DNA of 64,000 nt from Octopus sinensis (lineage: Eukaryota): assembly GCF_006345805.1 (NCBI RefSeq), contig NC_043016.1, positions 24,862,001-24,926,000 of the forward strand. The letters run 5' to 3'. Positions 25,524 through 39,031 of this stretch are shown one piece after another (position 1 is the first letter of the stretch; each line of letters opens with the position of its first letter). The position numbers and the translations under genes are program-made. The notes under the pieces were generated by a model that was given only the letters and a program-made list of their open reading frames with translations, was not told the DNA's origin and did not search any database.

Positions 25524-26409
25524 ATACCTCTGAGTAAAATATCTTACAGTATCCAACCTTCTTCTGCTACTGATGTAAGAAATTATTATTCCTCTAATGA
25601 AAATTGTCAAGGAATAAATAGAATTGACTCTTGCAACATCATTAGAAAAACTCCTATTTTTCAGTAATTGAGAAAGGAAGGGAAACATTCTCAATGACCC
25701 AAAAATCTAAATAAAAGCAGGTAAACAAGGACAAAGGGGGTGTTTCTTTAATATAACTTATAGATTCAATATAGTTTGATTGGTTTGAATGCTTTATGAG
25801 ATTTTTATGGATAGCTTTAGCTAATACTGTTGTTGTTGTTATTGTTGTTGTTGTTGTTGTTGTTGTTGTTATGAGCTGATTTATAAAAGAGAAATTTATG
25901 AAATATATGAAATATTTAGGTGTGGCAATCATGCTATTGTTCTTACAGGGTGGTTTTGTTTAGCCCCAGTTCAACCTTGATCAACAGGCCTAGGATCAAA
26001 GATGTCCCAGTTGTCACCATCCCATATTTTTTTTAGTACTGTATACAATAAGCTCTTTATTATATTCAGACATTGTGCATTTAAGATGACACTATTTTAT
26101 GTATAAGTATGGTGGTTATTGTCACTGATGCTGTTGTTGAGACCCAAGTCAGTCTGAACCAAAGAGATCAAGTATCAAAAGAACTCCTTAGTTTACTAAG
26201 ATATAGTGTTTTTAGGACTACATTATTGGATATATATTGTAGTTGTTATAATTTTATAATTTTTTTTTGTTTAACTCCAAGTCAGCCCTGACTCAGCAGA
26301 TTCATGACCAAAAATGTTCAATAAATTAAGTACCAGTTGCGTAGTGGAGCCAACCTAATCGAATGGCCTAATTTCGGGCCTTGTGCCTAGTGTAGAAAAG
26401 AATATATTT

Positions 26410-26818
26410 AGACAGACATGGCTGTGTGGTAAGAACCTTTCTTCCCAACCATATGGTCCCTGGTTCAGTCCTACTGCATGGCATCTTGGGGAATTGTCTT
26501 CTACTATAGCCCCAGGCTGACCAAAACTTTCTGAATGGATTTGGTAGATGGAAACTGAAAGAAGCCTGTCATATGTATGTATATATTTATGTGTGCATGT
26601 GTCTTTGTACCAGTGTTTGTCCCTACCCCATCACTTGACAACCAGTGCTGGTGTGTTTACATCCCCATAACTTAGCAGCTCAGCAAAAGCAGCCAATAGA
26701 ATAAGTACCAGGCTTAAAAAATAAAATAAATCTTGATTAAAAAATTCTCCAAGGTGGTGCCCCAGCATGGCCACAGTCTAATGGCTGAAATGAGTGAAAG
26801 ATAAAAGATAAAAAGATA
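26410..26818 (+). mobile_element. SINE family A (diverged)
   Basis: Head and AAAAGAT tail. Confidence 0.85.
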
Positions 26819-26820
26819 GT

Positions 26821-27036
26821 AAGGCAACCTGCTACTAAATCTGTTAGCATGCTGGGCAAAATGCTAAGTGGAATTTCATCCATCTTTATGTTCTGAGTTC
26901 AAATTCTGCCAAAATCAACTTTGTTTTACATCCTTTTGGGGGTCAATAAAATAAATACCATTCACATACTGGGGCCAATGTAATGAACTTATCCCCTCCC
27001 CCAAGCTTGCTGGCCTTGTGCCAAAATTTGAAACCA
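26821..27036 (+). mobile_element. tRNA-derived SINE family B (Meta-domain-like centre)
   Basis: B box GAGTTCAAATTC; CATCCTTTTGGGGGTCAATAAAATAAATACC; 3' GGCCTTGTGCCAAAATTTGAAACC. Confidence 0.8.
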
Positions 27037-27061
27037 ATATATTTAGACATACTATATTTAA

Positions 27062-27374
27062 CCTTTTAGCATACAGATTGCTTTGTCAAATGTAATGCTT
27101 ATTTATTCACATTTTTTGAGAATTAATCCTGTCATACTCTTTTACTCTTTTACCTATTTCAGTCATGTGACTGTGGCCATGATGGAGCACTGCCTTTAGT
27201 CGAGCAAATCAACCCCAGGACTTATTCTTTGTAAGCCCGTGTATCTTCCAGATTTCGAAGATGTGATTATTTATTTTTAGAATGACATTGCAGGGTAGGT
27301 GTGAGAGGCTGGATCTGGTCAGTCTGAACATAAAACAGGTAGAATATATGGACCAGTTATGGCCAGTTTAAAGG
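27062..27374. mobile_element. TTAA-flanked piggyBac-like MITE containing a SINE A 3' fragment (27137-27238)
   Basis: TTAA-CCTTTTAG...TAAAGG-TTAA. Confidence 0.5.
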
Positions 27375-27500
27375 TTAAGGTGACATTATTTAATGTATAC
27401 TTTAGTGGCTATTGCTGTAGTTGCTGGTTTTGTTGTTGTTGTTGCTCCCCAGGTTAGTTCTAATCAAAAAGACCTGGCATCAAGGGAGTTCCTTAAGATA

Positions 27501-27831
27501 TTGGGTTTCTGAGACCCCCCTTCGGTCATGACTGACCGTGGGATTGCACCTAGGAAGTTACATTTCCAGGCACAAGCCTGGGCAAGGTTGTTTATAGAAG
27601 ACCATCAGTCGCCCATGCATACCGGCCTCCCCTCTCCACGCCACCAGTGTTATCCAAGGGAAAGGCAAAGGCTGATACAACTTGGCACTCATTTCTACAG
27701 CTGAGTGAACTGGAGCAACATGAAATAAAGTGTCTTGCTCAAGAACACAACATGCAGCCCAGTCTGGGATTCAAACTCACAACCTCACGATCGTAAGCTC
27801 GATGCTCTAACTACTGAGCCATGCACCTTCA
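27501..27831 (-). mobile_element. tRNA-derived SINE family C (CORE-like), full length
   Basis: Minus strand TGAAGGTGCATGGCTCAGTAGTTAGAGC (A box)...GTGAGTTTGAATCCC (B box), then GTTGTGTTCTTGAGCAAGACAC. Confidence 0.85.
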
Positions 27832-29109
27832 TCATTGGATTTCTAGGACTACATTATTTAGTATATGCTATTGTTATCAGTATTAGTGAATATAGTTTCA
27901 TTTAAAACAATTTTTTTGCTTAACCCCATGTCAGCTGTGATCCAGCAGATTTATGTCCAAAGACATTCCAGTTGTGACTTACCATCTTTTATTCAGTTAC
28001 AGTATATTTAAAACTACATTATCTAATATATGGTACAGTAGTTTGTAAAGACTATGCTAAAAGGAATGAGTAAGACTGGTAATCCACAAGCTATAGTGAA
28101 GGTGACCCATTTAAGAAAGAAATATCTCTGATTATAAAAAAAAAAATAACAGTTGTAGACTTGGAGGAATTCTTTAGTCCCACTGCAAACTACGTCTGTG
28201 GTGTGATAAAATACACTTAGTTCATACAGTTAAATGGTTGATCATAGCAAGGGCATCATGCCATAAAACCCATGCCAAAAGATTTAAATGAATATGTATA
28301 TACACACACACATTCATACATACCTGTGTGTATTTGAAGAAAGATTGTCTTAAATTAACAAATTATTAATTAGATAATTTAAAAAAAAAATAACAATGGT
28401 ACAATTATTTTGAAAGGAAGCTTTTGTATTGTGTAAGCACTTTTGTTGTTAACAGCTTTTCAAACATGTTATATACACGTGTGTGTGTGTGTGTGTTTAA
28501 AAATATTTTATCACTCTCTTTTGTTGAACTGCTAACTTATAGGGGATTAAACAAACCAACACCAGTTGTCAAGTGGCGGTGGGGATCAAACACAAACACA
28601 TAGACACACATACATAGATATATATATATACACAAATATATACATATACGAATATAAATATACATAGAAAATGAAAAAAAGAGAGTGCTAGATGGTGGTC
28701 AAGATATTGTGATGGGGAAGGGAGAGGAGAGCTGTCAGCAGATAAAAGGAAAAGGGGAGGGATAGAAGGAAGAGATAAGAATGTAAGGAAGGAATATGTG
28801 TGAGAAGTGGGAGGTGGGGGTGATATGTTTGAAAGGCACTAAGTTGTGGAGAGATATGTAAAGAAAATTGTATGGGGGTGGTGTACTAAAAGTGAGTAGT
28901 AAACCTCAAAAAGGAAGAGAAGAATAATAAGATATAATGATCAGGTTTCTGTGCATGTGCAGAAATATGTATATCTATATACATATTTTTCTTTCCCTCA
29001 CTGATTCATCAGCTCCGACTATCACTTTAGCTAGTACAATAAGTGCCTATGTCTGTTTTTAGAAACTTGACCATTATATCTTCTTATTCTTCCCTTGCTG
29101 AGTGTCAAA

Positions 29110-31085
29110 GACCAAATCTGTGGCTGGTGCAAAGCCCCAACTAGACTTAGGGTGGTGTGGTGGAACAATAACAAGGTTGTAGACAAGGCCATTAGAGCAA
29201 AGAAACGGGCCTTGAAGGACTGGAAAAATGGTGGCAAGTATCTAGGAGGAAGGCTAGAAGATTTGTATACCTAGCCAGGGAAGAAGCAGAAAAGAAGAAG
29301 TTTGCCAATGTTCTGTGACATGAGGACCAGAAGCTTGGAGTGTTTTTTGATGTCCTAGACAGAAATGGTTAGAAAGGCATCAAATTACTGGTCCAGGTGA
29401 TGAAAGTGCAGAAAGGGTCATAGCTCAATTTATTAGAGAGTTAGCATAGATGAGATACAGTTTGGATTTGTGCCAGGGAGAAGCACCACTGGTGCTATCT
29501 TCTTGGTGAAGCAACTAAATGAGAAATACTTAACCAAAAATAAAACCTCTGTATTTGGTTTTTACTGACATGGAAAAAGCCTTTGACAGGGTCCCCCGCT
29601 CCTTTATCTGGTAGGCAATGCAAAAGCTAGAGATAGATTAGTGGTTAGTGAGAGCTATACAAGCAATGTACAAGAATACTGTTAATAGGGTGAGAGCTGC
29701 CAATGAATATAGCAAAGAATTTAATGTACAAGTAAGAGCCCACCAGGGTTCGGTTCTAAGACCTCTTTTATCAAGGTATAACAGAAATTTAAGAATGGAT
29801 GCCCTTGGGAGCTCCACTATGCTGATGACTTTGTTCTTATTGCTGAATCACTATCATAACTAGAGAAGAAATTTCAGGTACAGAAGCATAGACTGGAATC
29901 AAAGGGCCTTAGAGTTTATTTAGCAAAGACCAAAGTATTGATAAGTTAGAAAACAGACAAACCACATGCCCCTTCAGAGAGATGGTCTTGCTTGATATGT
30001 AGAAAAGTTGTCAGGAGAAACTCTATAAGGTGTACCCAGTGCAAGCTATGGACACATAAGAGGTACAGCGGTATCACTGGAAGACTAACAGAGAAAATAG
30101 TCTTTACATGTGGCAGATGTGCAGGTACAATAAACACCAGGAATGTACAAAAAATAGACTCCCTCAAATGTCAGAGGGATCCTTAGAACTAGTAAACAGT
30201 TTCCATTACTCAGGTGACCAAAAGAGCGGTGGAGGAGGTTGTTCCAAAAGCATAGCAGCTAAAATAAGAATTGGCTGGGCAAAGTTCAGAGAACTACTAC
30301 TTCTGTCACTAACGAAGAGCCTCTTCCTCAAAGTAAAAGGCAGGTTGTATGATGACTGTGTACAAACAGCTCTGCTACACTGCAGTGAGACATGGGCTGT
30401 GACTACTAAGGATAAGCAAAGACTTGAAAGAAATGAAGCCAGTATGCTTTGCTAGATGGGTAATGTCAGTGTGCATACATGAAAGAGTGTGAGTGATTTG
30501 AGAGAAAATCTGGGTATATGTAGCATCAGATGTATTGTGCAAGAGAGAAGACTGTGTTGATATGGCCATGTAACCCATATGAATGAAGACAGTTGCATCA
30601 AGAGATGCTAATCTCTAATTGTAGAGGTAACATGTGGAAGGGGTACACCCAGGAAGATGTGGGATGAAGTGACGAGAAAGGATCTACAGACATTGGAACT
30701 CACAGAAGGAATGACAGGGAACCAAGACTCCTGGCAGTTTGCAGTGCTTGAAAAGGCATGTCAAGCCAAGTAAAAACGTGGCTGTCCTTGCATACAGGCT
30801 ATCCCTTGCATCGCTTTCCAGCTGAACATCCTTAATCTTGCATGCTCATAGGCACTGGTGTCACATAAAAAGCACCTGATGCCATGTAAATGCACCCATG
30901 CGAGTACTGTGTAAAAGTACCCAGTACACTCTGTAAAGTTGTTGGTGTTAGGAAGGGCATCCAGCCATAGAAACCATGCCAAATCAGTCATGGAGCCTGG
31001 AAATCTCTTCAGCTAGCTAACTCCTGTCAAACTGTCCAACCTATGCCAGCATGGAAAACAGAAGTTAAATGATGATGATGATGAG
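29110..31085 (+). mobile_element. 5'-truncated, disrupted RTE-type LINE: RT with PHD-like insertion, 3'UTR, (GAT)n tail
   Basis: VWWNN, DMEKAFDRV, AHQGSVLRPLL, YADD (about 29817-29828), CxxC...CxxC...HxxC...CxxC (29989-30120), HCSETW, WYGHV. Confidence 0.92.
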
Positions 31086-31259
31086 AACAAACTTACACTG
31101 AGTACAAAAGACAGTAAATTAAAATGGAGAAGGTATGGTGTCACAAATCTGACAGCTGTTTCTAGGGGCTTGGAGTTAGTTTATAATGTTGGCAAATGTA
31201 GTTCACTAGAATATGCAACCAGTAACGTAAACAAATAAACATTCGAGGTCTTCAGGGTG

Positions 31260-31278
31260 TGTGTGTGCGTGTATATAT

Positions 31279-31321
<43 letters not shown>

Positions 31322-31401
31322 CATATACATACATATTCATACATACACACACACACATACATATATATATGTGTGTATATGTGCGTGTATGTGTGTGTGC
31401 A

Positions 31402-31471
<70 letters not shown>

Positions 31472-31501
31472 CATGTGTGTGTGTGTATGTATGTATGTAT
31501 G

Positions 31502-31592
<91 letters not shown>
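31260..31592. repeat. Compound (TG)/(CA)/(TA)/(TATG) microsatellite
   Basis: Direct inspection. Confidence 0.95.
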
Positions 31593-31594
<2 letters not shown>

Positions 31595-32239
31595 CGGGAA
31601 GCTTTATGAAAATAGACAAAAGACGAAGGCAGGTGGAATGGGCTTCTCTTAGCTTTCAGTTTTCATCTATCAAATTCACTCACAAGTCTCTGGTCAGTTC
31701 AGAGCTATAATGGAAAATACTTGTCGAAACTACTGTATAGTGGAATTAAATCCAGTAGCATGTGGCTGGGTAGCAAACTTCTTACCACACAGCAAAGAAA
31801 TCAATTAGATATATTTAAAAAAAAACAACTTTTGTTTAGTCCTTATAATATTTGTTCAGATAATGTCTCTGGATGAATTCATCATGAGATCAAATAGTCA
31901 GACAATAACCCAGCAACAAAGTTCCTTTGTGGAACATAAAACATGACCATTTGTCTTGTTGTTGTTGTTGTTGTTGTTGTTGGTTGTCGTTGTTGTTGTT
32001 GGTGTTCTTGATTTTGTTGTTGTTCTTCTTCCTCTCCACCACTTCCTCTTCTGTCTCCTCCTCCTCTTTTTCCTTCCCTCCTCATCGTTCTCCATTCCTC
32101 TTCCTCTTTTATGCCTTTGAAAGCATTACATGCAACCAAACATATACACACACAAACATTCACATGCATATACACATAAATATGGTTATATTCAAACACA
32201 CACACACATGTGCACCTGCAAGCACACACACACACACAC

Positions 32240-32362
32240 ACACACACATTTATCCGGGAACATGTGCACAGTAAGTAATACAGGCACATGCTCACGTGCA
32301 CACACATACATAGACACCCAGAGTTATCCACACACACACACACACACATGCACATGCACTTG

Positions 32363-32393
<31 letters not shown>

Positions 32394-32580
32394 ACACACA
32401 AACACACATGCACTTGCACACACACATTTATCCGGGAACATGTGCACAGTCAGTAATACAGGCACATGCTCATGCACACACACATATACATACACACACC
32501 CAGAGTTATCCACACACACACACACATGCACATGCGCTCACACACACACACACACTCACACACTCACACACACAATGCAC
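32240..32580. repeat. Tandem duplication (about 175-bp unit) within a (CA)n tract
   Basis: CATTTATCCGGGAACATGTGCACAG...CACCCAGAGTTATCCAC occurs at about 32247 and 32425. Confidence 0.85.
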
Positions 32581-33472
32581 ACACAAAAGTTATGTCATTT
32601 GAAGATCTGATAATCTCTGTCTGTTCATCTACATCTACCTTCCACCCAACATACCTACTTACTATCTACCCCCATCTTCAGCTTGCCTTCCCCTCCCCTC
32701 CCCCAATAACCTACATACCTACCCACCCACCTGCCAGCCTACCTGTCTGCCTGCCTGTCTGTCTACCTGTATGGAATGTAGACTAGACTGAAGTAGCACT
32801 CATTTGTGATGAAATAAAATGTGGGTGGCTGACATTTCAACATTTTTTGTGGTTGAACCACATGAAGCACTGACGTTCACACCCTTATCTACAAAATTTC
32901 CAACATATATACATATATATACATACATAAATATATATGTGTATGTGTGTGTATGTGTATATGTGTATTTATACACTTAGACAAATACAAATATGCACGC
33001 ACACACACACACACACACATACATATGTATGTATGCATACATACATACTCACACACACTTTCTCTCATATGTGTGTGTACATATATATGTATATCTTTGC
33101 ATATATATATGTGTGTGTATATACACAATCACTTATACATACACATATTTACACAAACAAACAGCCACACACACACATACATACACACACATACACACAT
33201 ATTAGGTAGAAATACAAAATGACTATGACTTTGAAGTTCTGGAATCACCATACTTCTATTAAAAATATAAAAATAACCTAAAGAATATACTTTAATACAC
33301 ACACACACAGACGAACAAACACACATGTCATCATCATCATCATCATTGTCATTTAATGTCCATGTTTCAAGTCAGGTTGGGTTGGGGCAGTGTCACAGGA
33401 TCTGATGGTAGGTCCAAGGACTGCATCGTTATCACTGTCTGCTTTGAATGTTTTCCATAGATGAATGCCTTT

Positions 33473-33907
<435 letters not shown>

Positions 33908-34084
33908 AGAAGGGCTTTCAGCTGTAAAAAACATATATATATATATAAATTTAAGTAGAGGATATGTTAACCTCGTAAAGGTATGGTTACATCCAAGGAA
34001 ATACTGGTACAATACCTTATGTTGTTGGGGAATGAAATTCGCTTGAAGCAAAAGGCATATATTAAGCATATAGTTTATATCTAA

Positions 34085-34361
34085 TTAAATGAAGAAAAGA
34101 AAATGGAGAGTAGGAAGTTAACAATTATTCATAATTAATAAATTCGTCATCTTTACTTCTTACAGCCGTTTCAATATAACATCTCAAGGTACATCTTTTC
34201 CTCTGATGAAATTATGCTCATATCACATAAATGTAAATTTTATGTACAGATTTGTAATTAGATTATTGAGTATTAATTGAAACAGCTGTAGGAAGTAAAG
34301 GTGACCAATTTCTTAATAATAATTGTTAACTTCCTACTCTCCAGTTTCTTTCTTCATTTAA
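34085..34361 (+). mobile_element. About 90-bp-arm inverted repeat enclosing a hammerhead-like core (Penelope-like terminus)
   Basis: Arms 34085-34175 / 34275-34361; CTGATGA 34203-34209, stem II AATTATGCTC/GAGTATTAATT, GAAA-C-AGCT-G-TA 34279-34290. Confidence 0.6.
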
Positions 34362-34373
34362 CTGTATATACAT

Positions 34374-37247
34374 TGTTATATTGTGAAACTGTACACTCCT
34401 CCTGGTAAAAAAATGATAGGTGCCAGCCATTATAAATAAACCAGTAGCCGGTTGACATGAGGCGGTCAAAGGTCAAGAGTATGTGTAGACTGTGTTGATA
34501 GTCATGTCGGTGCTGATATAGTAATTATACTGTGATATCATCATCATCATCATCATCATCGTCATCATCATCATCATCGTCATCATCATCATCGTTTAAT
34601 GTCCGCTTTCCATGCTGGCATATGTTGGACGATTTTAACTGAGGGCTGGTGAACCAGATGGCTGCACCAGGCTCCAATCTTGATTTGGCAGAGTTTCTAC
34701 AGCTGGATGTGGATATTATAACAATCCAACCTTTTGAGGATAATAACACTGTATGACTGGGGGTCATACAGTGCAAGAGAGAACCATTCTATTGACGACT
34801 TCAGAATATAACAATATCTGTCAGAGTGACAACCTTTGTGAAAAGACAGATACAACAGTGGCAAAAGACTGCTTTGCAACAGTGGTGATGAGGAAAAACA
34901 AATTTATGTGGAGTGAAAAAAAAAAAGAAAATTCACACGACAAGTTTAAACTAATTCATGTGGAAAAATAAATACCTCAACAAAAAAGAAACAAAATATT
35001 GTTGTGCAAACTTATGAAAATCGTAAAATATGGAAAACTTGCTAGCTGGGATAGTTGAGCTGCAAAAACAACAGCAACTCAAGGAACTACGAGAATAACA
35101 AGGATTGCAGCAGCAAAAGCTGCATTTAATGATGTTGATAACCAATCCAGAGAACACATTTTCATCTGACCATAAGTGAATTCAAATGTGACCCCAAAGA
35201 AAGAATAACCTTCAAGGCTTATTTTCAAAGATTTCAACAAATTTTTGAAAAGGAATGTCAGGATTGGATGGATGAGATGAAAATGTGTCTAGTGTTAAGA
35301 AAACTAGCGACAGCAGAGCATGAGAAGTATAGTAACTTCATATTGCCCAAAAAAGCATCTGACATAAATTTTACCAACACAGTTGACATTTTGAGCCAAA
35401 TGTTCAGTGAAAAGAGCTCACTGTTTAACACCAGATGGAAATGTTTAATCAGAAAAGAGCAAAGATGAAGACTTCACTACTTACACAAGCATACTCCAGA
35501 TTCTTTCAAGTGTTTGATTTTTTGCACAAGGATTGACAAATAGAAATCCAAACAGATATTCTATCAAAACTGGAAATGAATCAGGATCTGACATTGGAAG
35601 AGTGTGACAGGATATTCAAATTTAAGGTATGACATAGAAGCAATTCAATAGAAAGAGTGCTTCCACATAAGAGCAGTGCAAAATAGTCAGAAGACAAATA
35701 AAGTGTTGCAGGAAAAACAGAAAAATTATCAGGATATAGATCCGTGTATGGCATGTGTATGGATTGTCCGTTTAAAAAAGCAGTGTTTTCACTGTAGGTT
35801 TACAGAACATATAAAAATCACACTGCAAAACTAGAATGATAGGAAAATGGAACAAACAGGAAAAAATAAATGGCTTGTCAGCAAGAAAAGTTGTGACTAC
35901 AACAAACAGAAAATTCATGAATGTGAGAACTGAAACCACTAGTGTCAGAATGCAATTAGACACAGGAAGTGACATCACAATCATAAATAAGAAAGCATGG
36001 GAACAAATGGGTAAACCAAGATTATGCAGTTCAAACAAAATAGCGCACTGTGCTACGGGAAGAAAATTATATTTTATGGGTGAATGCATTTGTAATATAA
36101 TGTGCAAAGATCGAACCAAAAAAGTGAATGTTTATGTGTTGAAAAAAAATCCATGAATTTACTTGGCACCGAATGTATGGAGAAATTTAACGCTTTGTGC
36201 AATAATGTAAAAAGAACAGTCAAACAAACAAACGAGGCCAATGAATTGAAACAAAAAAAAGTAATGTGGAACATCATGCATGAATTACCAGTATCTTTGG
36301 AAGAAATTTTTAAAAATGCGAGAAATGACAAAGATATTAATTAGACAAAAAGTAAACTGTGATCAACAAAGGAAGTAAAAAAAGGTCTGATGCAAAGAAC
36401 CGCCAAGATGTGAGCGTGTACTTTATATGTGATGGTGTACTAATGTAAGCTCAGAGGGTGGTCATACAACTGACATTACAGAAGAGAATGCTAAAAGAGT
36501 TCCATGTGGGACATCCAAGCATCTCTAGAATGAAAGTGCTGATGCAAAGTTTCGTATACTGGTCAAGCATGGACAAGGAAATTGAAAACCTGGTAAAAGG
36601 CTGCAGCTGTTTGCAAGATTTGGTGTACCAGATATAATTGTCTCTGATAATGGAACACATTTTGTACCCTTTGAGTTTAAAAGATTCTGCGGGATGTTCA
36701 CATTAGAACATAAAACTATAGCACTGTATCATCCTAGATTGAATGGAAGGGCAGAACAGTTCATGGACAATTTTAAGGGGGCTTTAAGGAAGGCACAGAT
36801 GAGGTCACAATCCAACAATTCTTAATGGTAAACAAGGTAATGCTAAACCTAAATGTGCCAGAAGGAAGTTCACCACCAGAATTAATGTTTGCCAGAAAGG
36901 TGAAGTCAGTATTCGATAAACTGTTACTTGTGAAGAAAAAATACATGCTGGTAAAGACATGCCAAAACTCTTTAGAATTGGTGATAAGGAATATGTAAGA
37001 AGGTACAAAAATGGCAAACAATACAGGGAAGAAGGAGAAATTGTAACATACATAGGAAGAATGATGTATGGTGTAAGAAGCAGAAATAGAATGGAAAGGA
37101 GGCATAGAAATCAGCTTAAGGAAAAAATCATAGAAAAGGAGCCACCAAGAGTAGAAATACCAATGGGTTAGCTATATGACACTTTTCCAGTTCCAACACC
37201 ATTACAAGAAGTTGAAACCACATGTTCAAGGAAAAGAAAGAACACTG

Positions 37248-37301
<54 letters not shown>

Positions 37302-37303
37302 AA

Positions 37304-37337
<34 letters not shown>

Positions 37338-37786
37338 CATGCATGCATGTATGTATGTATGTAGTATGTATGTATGTATGTATGTATGTATGTATGTATG
37401 TATGTATGTATGTATGTATGTATGTATATATACAAGGAGGCAGTAGTGTGAATAAAAGAAATTGATTGTTAAATAAAAGAATTAAAAGTAGAGATGTGAA
37501 AAGTGGTAGTAGCCAGTCATGGTAGTTGCCAGTCAACATGAGGAGGTCGAAGGTCGAGAGTATGTGCAGACTGTGTTGATAGTTGTGTCTGTGCTGATAT
37601 AGTAATTATATTGTGATACTGAGTGGACATTATAACAATCCAGCCTTTTGAGGATAATAACACTGTACGACAGGAGGTCATACAGTGCTAGATAGAACCA
37701 TTCTATTGACAACTTTAGAATATAACAATATCTGTCAGAGCGACCAAAATACAGATACAACAGTGACAAAAGACCATTTTACAACA
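34374..37786 (+). pseudogene. Two-LTR Ty3/Gypsy element, disrupted: gag, protease, partial integrase; RT and RNase H absent
   Basis: LTRs 34374-34881 and 37447-37786 (TG...CA); PBS-like TGGTGATGAGG at 34883; purine tract before the 3' LTR; flanks TACAT/TATAT; LDTGSD at 35959; HVGHPSISRMK...YW; IVSDNG; YHPRLNGRAE. Confidence 0.88.
34533..34710 (-). mobile_element. RTE 3'UTR remnant inserted in the 5' LTR
   Basis: (CAT)n + CGTTTAATGTCCGCTTTCCATGC...; absent from the 3' LTR. Confidence 0.85.
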
Positions 37787-38011
37787 TATATATATAGGCT
37801 TTGGGAAAGGCATCCATCCATTGAAACAATGCTCAAATAGACAATGGAACCTGGTGTGGCTTTCAACCTTGCCAGCTCCTGTAGAACCATCTGACCCATA
37901 CCAGCACTGAAAATGGATGTTAAATTCTGATGATGATGATACATATATATACATGTATGTGTGTGTGTGTGTGTGTGTGTGTAGCTAATATATATATGTA
38001 TATGTAGCTAA

Positions 38012-38235
38012 GTGTATGTCCAGTCATAGAGTGACCAATGGTTCCGCATCCAAAAAAAGGCTTAGTTCCATGGACATCTTATCAGACTCTAAAGCTGAAG
38101 ACAAATGTAACTCTTCACCTCTAGGTGGCAGGAATCCATCAATCACCTATGGGAGGCAGGAATACCACCGGTCACTTTATGACTGGACATATACTTAACT
38201 ACATATAAATACATTACTGCTCCATGTTTTAGAGT
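38012..38235. mobile_element. Family D repeat: minus-strand hammerhead (38027-38091) plus an inverted partial copy
   Basis: Minus strand TAGAGT-CTGATAA-G...GGATGC-GGAA-C-CATTG-G-TC-ACTCTA; the block GTCACTxTATGACTGGACATA is present in both orientations. Confidence 0.6.
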
Positions 38236-38807
38236 GTGCTTCTTTTTTGCATATACAATACATTGAACCTGATCATGCCATTTTTCTTTGGTTTTACAAT
38301 GTAAGCATGGCCACTCCACTAGCAATGTGCACCAATGAAGATCAAAGAGCAATGATCCATTTCATATCTGTGATCAACAGCACCCCTTTCCATCTTTGTT
38401 CTTTGTTTGTCATTCACTATATCCACTCCTAAGTGCCTCTGACTTCCATCTCTGTCACTGTACATATCTCTCTCTCTCCTCTCCCCCCCTCTCTCTCTCA
38501 TCTCCACTCTACTGTTTTATTATACTACTGCTCTACACTTTTTCTGTACTACTTATCTTCTCCTTCCTGAACCTCTCTTATTTCCTTCACCTTTCCTCCC
38601 CAAACTGATATTCACCACTGACCATGCCTCCACCCTTGTTCACCATCCAATAAGCTTACCTCTGACCTCATATGTAATCATCTGTTACTCACCTTTCACA
38701 CTCTTGCGAACTTACCCGCTCACCCTTCCCAGTCTTCTGTCTTTTGTCTCTCTTCTATTCACCTTCTTGTACTTTTGAGAGTACACCCTAACACTTTGTT
38801 ACCACTG

Positions 38808-39031
38808 TTTTTTTTATTTCTTTACTGCCCACAAGGGGCTACACATAAAGGAGACAAACGGATTAAGTTGATTATGTCGACCACAGTGCATAACTGGTAC
38901 TTATTTAATCGACCCCAAAAAGGATGAAAGGCAAAGTTGACCTCGGCGGAATTTGAACTCAGAACGTAGCGACAGACAAAATACTGCTGAGCATTTCACC
39001 TGGCGTGTTAACATTTCTGCCAGCTCGCCAC
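38808..39031 (-). mobile_element. SINE family B
   Basis: Minus strand GGCGAGCTGGCAGAAATGTTAAC...GTTCTGAGTTCAAATTCCGCCGAGG. Confidence 0.88.

Noticed and set aside
25527-25667. Stop-free 46-codon stretch (PLSKISYS...KTPIFQ*) that might be a terminal exon
   Set aside because: Starts at a SINE tail, has no clear acceptor site and no recognisable homology
27750-27831. tRNA-like sequences with A and B boxes (also the heads of SINE A and B)
   Set aside because: No complete cloverleaf, and each is fused to a SINE body; treated as SINE heads, not tRNA genes
31148-31255. CTGAAGA (31255-31249) and GAAAC-AGCT-GTC (31162-31151) on the minus strand
   Set aside because: Neither stem I nor stem II pairs, so they do not form one ribozyme
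38300-38385. MATPLAMCTNEDQRAMIHF, resembling a mariner N-terminus
   Set aside because: Too short, with no TIR or further motifs; not listed as a feature
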